Made by a program: the position numbers and the translations under genes
Shown here: piece after piece, positions 57,366 to 64,000 of the stretch
Position numbering within the stretch: position 1 is the stretch's first letter
Layout: the number at the start of each line of letters is the position of its first letter
Notes under the pieces: generated by a model
Told to the model about the DNA's origin: nothing
Databases searched by the model: none
The model's input: only the letters and a program-made list of their open reading frames with translations
Origin: Erythrobacter sp. UBA1916
GTDB taxonomy: Bacteria; Pseudomonadota; Alphaproteobacteria; Sphingomonadales; Sphingomonadaceae
DNA length: 64,000 nt
Assembly: GCA_002337385.1 (NCBI GenBank)
Contig: DDFY01000038.1
Location: forward strand, 4,795-68,794
Reading direction: 5' to 3'

Positions 57366-58031
57366 ATGGACTGGTCCGCCCTTTCCGAGCAGATCGCGCT
57401 CTCGGTGCGCGAGTTGCCCCGCTCCGGCTTGCTGATGGTCGCCGTGGGAGCGATGGCGCTGGGCATTCTCGGTTCGCTGGTGGGGCGGGGGCTGCCCGCC
57501 ATCGGCCGCCTGCTGCGCACGGTCAGCACGCTGGCGCTGATGGGGGTGCTGGTGCTGGTCGTGGTGCAGCTGTCGCGGCTCGATCCGCGCTTTTCGATGG
57601 CGGTGCCCGAGATTGGTCTGCCCGAACAGGTGGTCGAAGGCGGCGAAACGCGCGTGCCGCAGGCGCCCGATGGGCACTATTGGCTGCGCGCGCGGATTAA
57701 CGGCCACGAAGCCCACTTCCTCGTCGACACCGGCGCCACGCTGACCGCGATTTCGCAGGATACTGCCGAGCGGGCAGGTCTTTCTCCCCGCGACGGGGCA
57801 CTGCCAATCCGGATGCAGACCGCCAATGGCCCGGTCGCCGCGCAGATTACCTCGATCGACGAACTGCGCTTCGGCAATGTCGCCGCGCGTGGGCTCGATG
57901 CGATCATTGCGCCGGGGCTGGGCGAGACCAACGTGATCGGCATGAACCTGCTTTCGCGCCTTGCTTCGGTGCGGATCGAGCAGGGCGAACTGGTGCTGGT
58001 GCCCAACAATCCGCAGGCGCCGCTAGAATAG
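57366..58031 (+). CDS. Retropepsin-like clan AA aspartic protease, membrane-anchored
   Basis: DGHYW, FLVDTGAT, TANG, IGMNLL. Confidence 0.9.
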   Translation: MDWSALSEQIALSVRELPRSGLLMVAVGAMALGILGSLVGRGLPAIGRLLRTVSTLALMGVLVLVVVQLSRLDPRFSMAVPEIGLPEQVVEGGETRVPQAPDGHYWLRARINGHEAHFLVDTGATLTAISQDTAERAGLSPRDGALPIRMQTANGPVAAQITSIDELRFGNVAARGLDAIIAPGLGETNVIGMNLLSRLASVRIEQGELVLVPNNPQAPLE

Positions 58032-58097
58032 CGCGTTGACGATGTCCGTCCGCACGGCCACTCTGCCCGCTTGGAGAAAAGTCCACGGGAGAGGGCT

Positions 58098-59477
58098 ATG
58101 GCGGCGGACAATGCCACCGGTGAAAAATTTGACGTAGCGAAGTTCATTGACGAGCGCCCCGTGGGTGCACGGGAGTATTTCCTGCTCGTCATCGTGTCGG
58201 TGATCCTGTTCCTCGACGGGTTCGACATGTACTTCCTCGGCAAGATTCTCCCCGCCATCGCCGAGGGGCTGGGCGGAACGCCGGTCGATATGCAGCCGGT
58301 CGTCAATTATCAGCAGATCGGCATGGCCATCGGCGCGTTCATCATGCCGCCGCTGGCCGACCGGATCGGGCGCAAGCCGGTGCTCGCGCTCTGTTTGGTC
58401 GGGTTCGGATCGTTGTCGCTGTGGGCCGCTTTTTCCACCGGGTTCACCATGCTGACGGTGCTGCGCGGCATTTCCGGCATTTTCTTCTCCGCCATGTTGC
58501 CGGTGGGGCTGGCGTTCCTTTCCGAAGCGACCCCCAAGGCGCGCCGGGCGCTGTTCATGTCGATTGCGCTGGTGTGCTTTTCGGGCGGTAACCTCGGTTC
58601 GGGCGTAATGGTGGCCTGGTTCCTCGATGATCTGGGTTGGGAAGGGTTCTTCATCGCTGGCGGCCTGGTGCCGCTGATCGCGCTGCTGCTGCTGTTGATG
58701 GTCCGCGAAAGCCTGGCCTACCGCGTTAACCGCAACCCCGCCGATCCGCGCATCCCGGCGCAGATACAGGCGCTTGACCCGCAGACGCCGATTCCGGCCG
58801 GCGCGCTGTTCCACATGGGCGATCAGGACGAGGTCAGCCCGCTTGGCCCGCTGGCGATGTTCGGCAAGCGCTATCTGGTGCAGACGGTGCTGCTGTTTGC
58901 GTTGTGCTTCTTCTCGCTCGGCAACATCGCGCTGCTGGCGAACTGGCTGGCCACCTTCATGCAGGAGCTGGCCGGTCTGCCGATCGAGACCTTCGCCTTC
59001 TACATGATCATCGGCTATTTCGGCGGTGCGATGGGCACGCTGATCATGGGCTGGATGATGGACCGGGTGAACCCATACTGGCTCATCACCAGCTATTTCC
59101 TCGTCGATGCCGTAGCGATCTTCATGATCGGGCAGATTCCTCCGGGAGCTGCCGTGGCCTTTGTCACTGCGCTGATCGTCTGGAACTTCTGCCAGGTCGG
59201 CGGCCAGACCGGGATCAACAACATGGCGACAATGGCCTACCCGCCCGAGATGCGCAGTTCGGGCATCGGCTGGGCGGGCGGCTTCGGGCGGCTTGGTGGG
59301 ATCGTGTTCCCGGCGCTGGGCGGACAGGCGCTGGCGCTGGGGCTGAGCCTGCCGGTCATCATGACCGCCACGGCTGTTCCCGCGCTGATGATTGCGGTGC
59401 TGGTGTTCGCGCTCGGCGTGGCCAACGGCGGCAAGATCGGTGGCCGGTCCAAGAGGGCCGCACCGGCGGCGACCTAG
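58098..59477 (+). CDS. MFS transporter, aromatic acid:H+ symporter (AAHS/PcaK-like)
   Basis: DGFD in TM1, LADRIGRK, YP..MRSSGIGW...GRLGG. Confidence 0.88.
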   Translation: MAADNATGEKFDVAKFIDERPVGAREYFLLVIVSVILFLDGFDMYFLGKILPAIAEGLGGTPVDMQPVVNYQQIGMAIGAFIMPPLADRIGRKPVLALCLVGFGSLSLWAAFSTGFTMLTVLRGISGIFFSAMLPVGLAFLSEATPKARRALFMSIALVCFSGGNLGSGVMVAWFLDDLGWEGFFIAGGLVPLIALLLLLMVRESLAYRVNRNPADPRIPAQIQALDPQTPIPAGALFHMGDQDEVSPLGPLAMFGKRYLVQTVLLFALCFFSLGNIALLANWLATFMQELAGLPIETFAFYMIIGYFGGAMGTLIMGWMMDRVNPYWLITSYFLVDAVAIFMIGQIPPGAAVAFVTALIVWNFCQVGGQTGINNMATMAYPPEMRSSGIGWAGGFGRLGGIVFPALGGQALALGLSLPVIMTATAVPALMIAVLVFALGVANGGKIGGRSKRAAPAAT

Positions 59478-59483
59478 CGCAAG

Positions 59484-59873
59484 TTAGTCGAGGATCTGCA
59501 CCAGTTCGATCTGGTGCCCTTGCGGCGAGGTGAGCATGGCAACGATCACTCCGCCAACGTCGGTGGGTTGCATCAAGGCGCTTGCCCCTTCGTCCAGTGC
59601 GTGGGCGAAGCTCGCCGCGATATCGGGGCACACCAGCCCGATGGGGCCATGGCCCGGCCCGACGCTCACGTCGCCCGCCGGTTTGCTCTGCACCAGCATC
59701 AGCTGCGGGGCACCGTCTTCACCGGGGATAGACATGATGTCCTCGGCGAATTCGGGCATGTCGTAGCCGCCCACCAGCGCAAAACCGAAGGCGCGCTCCC
59801 AGAAGCTGCGCGCTTCGGCGAGGTCGGCGACGTTAAGCTTGAAGAATGCGAGGCGTGCTGCCGGTGGTGCCAT
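59484..59873 (-). CDS. VOC/glyoxalase family protein
   Basis: KLNVADL..ARSFW..AFG, SPQGHQIELVQ. Confidence 0.82.
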   Translation of the reverse strand: MAPPAARLAFFKLNVADLAEARSFWERAFGFALVGGYDMPEFAEDIMSIPGEDGAPQLMLVQSKPAGDVSVGPGHGPIGLVCPDIAASFAHALDEGASALMQPTDVGGVIVAMLTSPQGHQIELVQILD

Positions 59874-59957
59874 GTTGGTATGCTCCCTTGATCGGAACGC
59901 AGGATCGCAGGGGCGGCTGGGCATGGCAACGGCTTCGTTGGCAGCCTGCGACTGCGA

Positions 59958-60869
59958 CTAACCCGCCGGTTGGATCGAAGGTTTGGCCAGAAAGCTGCAC
60001 ATGAGTTCGATCGCAGTTGCCAGACGTGGATCGGGGGGTGTGGCAAGGCTCGTCACCAGACAGCGGCTGCCGGACGCAAAGGTCAGCGGGAATCGCACGA
60101 GTTCTCCGGCCGCGACCTGGCTTTCGGTGTCGCCGTCAAACAGCAGGCCAAGGCCTCTGCCTGCACGAACCAGTTCCAGCTGGTATTCAGTGTATTGCGA
60201 GCGAGCGGCAATCGTTCGCGGCGTGATGCCGACGGATTCGAGTTGGCGAAGCTGATAGTTTTCCGCATCCGTTCCCGCGGGCGATAACACGAAGGGGCAG
60301 GCGACCAGATCCTGCGGCAAGGTGTGAACCCTGGCGGCCAGCTCTGGCGACGCATAGAGGCCAACCGTTGAATTTCGTAGCACACGAGTCGCGAATTCGT
60401 CCGTGTTGGCCGGATCGCCGTGATAGAATCCGCAATCGGCCTCGCCAGCGCGCAACATGGCGAGCACGGCTTCGCGCTCCAGCGCTTGTATGAATTGTAT
60501 TTCGGGCATGTCATGATGCACCAGCAGTTCGCGCAGGGCAGGGCGCAGCCATTGGTCGAGCAGATAGTGCCCGGCCGCCACGCGCAAAGAGAGCAGGGCA
60601 TCTGGCGCTGACTGACTGCCTTCGCGCAATTTGCCCGCCATCTTGAGCATCGAGCGAGCACGCTCGAGCATTTCCTCTCCCAGAGGTGACAGCCGTGCTG
60701 CTGATCCGCGCTGGCGTTCGAACAGCGTACCTCCCGCCTCGCGTTCGAGCGCCTTGATGTGTTTGCTGATCGAAGGCTGCGCGATGCCCAGTCGGTCTGC
60801 GGTCTTGCGGAAGTTCTCATCCTTCGCCGCCTCGGCGAAAACCTCAAGTTGTCGGAGCGTGAAGGGCAT
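59958..60869 (-). CDS. LysR family regulator
   Basis: TLRQLEVF...NFRKTADRLGIAQPSISKHIKALE; divergent from the sulfatase. Confidence 0.92.
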   Translation of the reverse strand: MPFTLRQLEVFAEAAKDENFRKTADRLGIAQPSISKHIKALEREAGGTLFERQRGSAARLSPLGEEMLERARSMLKMAGKLREGSQSAPDALLSLRVAAGHYLLDQWLRPALRELLVHHDMPEIQFIQALEREAVLAMLRAGEADCGFYHGDPANTDEFATRVLRNSTVGLYASPELAARVHTLPQDLVACPFVLSPAGTDAENYQLRQLESVGITPRTIAARSQYTEYQLELVRAGRGLGLLFDGDTESQVAAGELVRFPLTFASGSRCLVTSLATPPDPRLATAIELMCSFLAKPSIQPAG

Positions 60870-60986
60870 GGGCAGGAGCGATACAGTAATAGCCTAAAGG
60901 ATATAAATGATAGCCTGCCGAGTCGTTGCTTTGCAAGCCGCGCACAGCGATTGCGCTGGTCGATAACAAGCAATGAGGATTCCTGG

Positions 60987-63284
60987 ATGGCTGATTCTAA
61001 CGCCCGCAAGGCTGCGGCGCGGGTCCATCGACTGTTGGGCCACACCGTGCTCGCAGCTGCACTTGCCACTACGACCTTTGCGCCGGTGCGCGCGCAGTCG
61101 GCAGCTGAACAGACACCTGCCGCCGACGGTTTCCGCTATTTCCCCAAGCCCGCCGAGGCTCCTGCCGGTGCGCCCAATGTGCTGGTCGTGCTGACCGACG
61201 ATGTCGGCTTTTCCGCGGCGAGCGGCCTTGGCGGCCCGATCCCCACACCCGCCTTCGATTCGGTGATGCAGAACGGGATTACCTACACCCGCTTCCACGT
61301 GACCGCGATGTGCTCGCCCACCCGCGCTGCACTGCTGACCGGGCGGAACCATCACGCGGTCGGCTTTGGCGCGATCGCGAACGTCGCGGTGGACGAGCCG
61401 GGCTATACCTCGGTCATCCCCGATAGCGCCGCGACCATCGGCGACGTGCTGAAGATGAACGGCTACGAGACGGCCTTCTTCGGCAAGAACCACAATACGC
61501 CCGAATGGGAAACCGGCCCGCTCGGCCCGTTCAATCATTGGCCCAACGGCTTCGGGTTTGATTACTTTTACGGGTTCAACGGCCCGGCGGCTGACCAGAT
61601 CAACCCCGAGCTGGTCGAGAACCGCAACCCCATCCGCCGCGATCCCACCGACGAGACCTATTTCCTCGACCGCGATCTGGCCGACCATATGGTCGACTGG
61701 ATCCACATGCAGGACAGTCTCGAGGACGACAAACCCTTCCTGCTCTACTTCGCGCCCGGCACCATGCACGCCCCGCAGCAGGCCCCGCGCGAATGGATCG
61801 AGAAGTTTGCCGGCCAGTTCGACGAGGGCTGGGACGTGCTGCGCGAACAGATATTCGCGCGCCAGAAGGCCATGGGGATCATTCCGGCAGACGCCGAAAT
61901 GGCCCCGCGCCCTGCCAACATGCCCTCGTGGGACAGCCTCACCGACAGCCAGCGCAACAACTACGCGCGCCTGATGGAAGTGGCGGTGGCGCAGATGGCT
62001 TACATGGACTTCCAGTTCGGCCGGGTGCTCGATGCGCTGCGCGAAACCGGCGAACTCGACAACACTCTGATCCTCTACGTTCAGGGCGACAACGGCGCAG
62101 CGATCCACGAGCTGGCCGGATCGATGAACGCCTACGAGGGCTTCGCGCAGATCGAGAGCACCGACGAAGAACTCACCGCGCGGATCGACGATGCTGGCGG
62201 CGAAGACAGCTTCGGCAACTATCCCGCCGGCTGGGCCTTCGCGCTCAACACGCCGTTTCCGTGGGGCAAGGCCGTCGCCTCGCACCTTGGCGGCACGCGC
62301 AATGCGCTGGCGGTCTCGTGGCCTGCACGCATCGCTGAACGCGGGGCGATCCGCCCGCAATATACCCATGTGATCGACCTTGCGCCGACGATCTACGAAG
62401 CCATCGGCATCACCCCGCCAGAGGTGGTCGACGGGGTCGAGCAACAGCCGATCGACGGGGTGTCGTTCGCGGAAAGCTTCACCGACGGACAGGCGCCAAG
62501 CGAGCACACCGAGCAATACTACGAGATGCTCGGCAGCCGCGGCTTCTACAAGGATGGCTGGCTCGCCGCGACCGGCGTGACCTGGGACCCATGGCGCATT
62601 CCCGATTACGACCCCGCCAGCCTGCCGTGGGAGCTGTACAACCTCGACGTGGACTATTCGCAGGTTCACAACATCGCCAGCCAGCACCCCGGCAAATTGG
62701 CCGAACTGCAGGCCGACTTCGATGCCGCGGCGCAGCGCTATAACGTGTACCCGCTGGCCTCTGACTATCTTGCGCGGCTCAGCCCGTCTAACCGCCCGCA
62801 CGCGGTAGAACCTTCGGACAGCTACACCTACTATCCCGGCGACGCGCGCTATCCGATTGCGGCCTGGCCGAATGTTACCCCCAACTGGGAGGCCACCGCC
62901 AAGCTCACGACCAACAGCGCGGACGATAGCGGCCCGGTGTTTGGCATGGGCATGCGCTTCACCGGCTACCGGCTGGCGCTGGAGGAAGGCGTTCCGGTCT
63001 TCATCTACGATCCGACCGGGCGCGAGGAAGAGCGCATGACCGTGCGCGCGCCATCGCCGCTCGCGCCGGGCGATCATGCGATCACCGTTTCTTTCACGCC
63101 GGACGGGAACGGTGTCGACCTGTCGTTGATGGTCGACGGCCAGCCCGTCGCCGAGGCGAGTGACGACCGGTTCTACCGCGTCTTCAACGGCGCGGCGCTG
63201 ATCGGCAGGCCGCTGATCGACGACCGCACCGGCCCGCGCACCTGTGACTGCACTATCGAAAACATCACCATAACCCCGCGCTGA
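60987..63284 (+). CDS. Arylsulfatase (Cys-type), exported, with C-terminal beta-sandwich extension
   Basis: PNVLVVLTDDVG, CSPTRAALLTGR, GKNH, GDNG, HVIDLAPT, WELYNL. Confidence 0.92.
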   Translation: MADSNARKAAARVHRLLGHTVLAAALATTTFAPVRAQSAAEQTPAADGFRYFPKPAEAPAGAPNVLVVLTDDVGFSAASGLGGPIPTPAFDSVMQNGITYTRFHVTAMCSPTRAALLTGRNHHAVGFGAIANVAVDEPGYTSVIPDSAATIGDVLKMNGYETAFFGKNHNTPEWETGPLGPFNHWPNGFGFDYFYGFNGPAADQINPELVENRNPIRRDPTDETYFLDRDLADHMVDWIHMQDSLEDDKPFLLYFAPGTMHAPQQAPREWIEKFAGQFDEGWDVLREQIFARQKAMGIIPADAEMAPRPANMPSWDSLTDSQRNNYARLMEVAVAQMAYMDFQFGRVLDALRETGELDNTLILYVQGDNGAAIHELAGSMNAYEGFAQIESTDEELTARIDDAGGEDSFGNYPAGWAFALNTPFPWGKAVASHLGGTRNALAVSWPARIAERGAIRPQYTHVIDLAPTIYEAIGITPPEVVDGVEQQPIDGVSFAESFTDGQAPSEHTEQYYEMLGSRGFYKDGWLAATGVTWDPWRIPDYDPASLPWELYNLDVDYSQVHNIASQHPGKLAELQADFDAAAQRYNVYPLASDYLARLSPSNRPHAVEPSDSYTYYPGDARYPIAAWPNVTPNWEATAKLTTNSADDSGPVFGMGMRFTGYRLALEEGVPVFIYDPTGREEERMTVRAPSPLAPGDHAITVSFTPDGNGVDLSLMVDGQPVAEASDDRFYRVFNGAALIGRPLIDDRTGPRTCDCTIENITITPR

Positions 63285-63320
63285 AGAGGCCGGGGAGTGG
63301 CTATCTGGGAGGAAACAACA

Positions 63321-64000
63321 ATGACACAGCCGAAGATCCTATCTCGCACATCACTCATGGCGCTTGCCGTTGCAGGGGCCGCGATGGTGCCTGGCAGCGC
63401 CTGGGCGCAGGACGAATCCGAGGGCAGCAACACGATCGTCGTGACCGCGCAGTTCCGCGAACAAAGCCTGCAGGATACGCCCATCGCGATCACCGCCATC
63501 TCGGGCGACGATCTGGCCTCGCGCAGCCAGTCTGACGTCTCGCAGATCGCGGGCCAGGCGCCGGGTGTGAACCTGCAGCCGGGTACGGGTAGCTTCGGCC
63601 CCTCGCTGGCGGTCTCGATCCGCGGCGTGGGCCAGTATGACTTCAACCCTGCGGTTGAGCCGGGCGTCGGCGTCTATGTCGATGATGTGTACTATCCCTC
63701 GCTGACCGGCGCGGTGTTCGACCTGCTCGATATCGACCGCGTCGAGATCCTGCGCGGTCCGCAGGGCACGCTCTCGGGGCGGAACTCGATTGGCGGTGCG
63801 CTGAAGCTCTATTCGAAACGTCCGACTGGCTCCAACACGGGCATGATCTCGGGCACCTATGGCAGCCGCAACCGCATGGACCTGCGCGGCAACTTCGACT
63901 TTGGTCTGGCCGAAGATCTGTCGGTGCGCGTGTCGGGTTCGGCCAAGCGTCAGGACGGCTATATCGACGTGCTCGACTTCGGCTGCGTCAACCCGCAGGG
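63321..64000 (+). CDS. TonB-dependent receptor, 3'-truncated by window edge
   Basis: Hand translation (absent from ORF track): signal peptide, TIVVTA TonB box, IRGVG, VGVYVDDVY, RVEILRGPQGTL.GRN; SD GGAGGA. Confidence 0.93.
   Translation, partial: MTQPKILSRTSLMALAVAGAAMVPGSAWAQDESEGSNTIVVTAQFREQSLQDTPIAITAISGDDLASRSQSDVSQIAGQAPGVNLQPGTGSFGPSLAVSIRGVGQYDFNPAVEPGVGVYVDDVYYPSLTGAVFDLLDIDRVEILRGPQGTLSGRNSIGGALKLYSKRPTGSNTGMISGTYGSRNRMDLRGNFDFGLAEDLSVRVSGSAKRQDGYIDVLDFGCVNPQ

Noticed and set aside
60841-60850. ACCTCAAGTT, a SoxR half-site (a similar one lies near 11388)
   Set aside because: Half-site only with no dyad partner; the 60841 copy is inside a CDS
60894-63077. 727-aa antisense ORF, and similar ones at 29502..31268, 53409..54899, 18902..20455, 12053..13441 and 43387..44805
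   Set aside because: They lie opposite well-supported genes and have no recognisable motifs; shadow ORFs of this kind are expected from high-GC codon bias

Overview
GC-rich, mostly core chromosomal DNA from an alphaproteobacterium. Gene order and content suggest Sphingomonadales, probably Erythrobacteraceae (inference). About 65 CDS are present. They include thrC, folB-moaADE, rplU-rpmA, ygfZ/pyrC, rarD, astD, selO, yfgM/bamB-like genes, ubiA/rsmE/gshA, a SoxR-VOC module, ppk2, dciA-dsbA-dsbA-smc with divergent mutY, nudC, mgtE, the nfuA-tsaB-rimI-mucR-fur-acyltransferase-miaB-phoH-ybeY-corC cluster, an M16 peptidase, class II DAHP synthase and egtB-egtD. From about 58.0 kb an accessory catabolic block begins: aromatic-acid MFS, VOC, LysR, arylsulfatase and a TonB-dependent receptor cut by the window end. 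I found no rRNA, tRNA, CRISPR, transposase or phage genes. The most interesting signals are non-coding. (1) The egtBD upstream region has an exact EcfG-type promoter motif followed by a short leader with two mutually exclusive helices, one reaching the SD; this is a candidate cis-regulatory RNA. (2) A perfect FNR/FixK box is correctly placed for an uncharacterised 60-aa membrane peptide. (3) A terminator-like hairpin lies inside the rplU leader. (4) Two copies of a REP/MITE-like inverted repeat are present. (5) A perfect SoxR box points at a VOC gene. Start codons were chosen by eye and products come from motif recognition; no database search was run.
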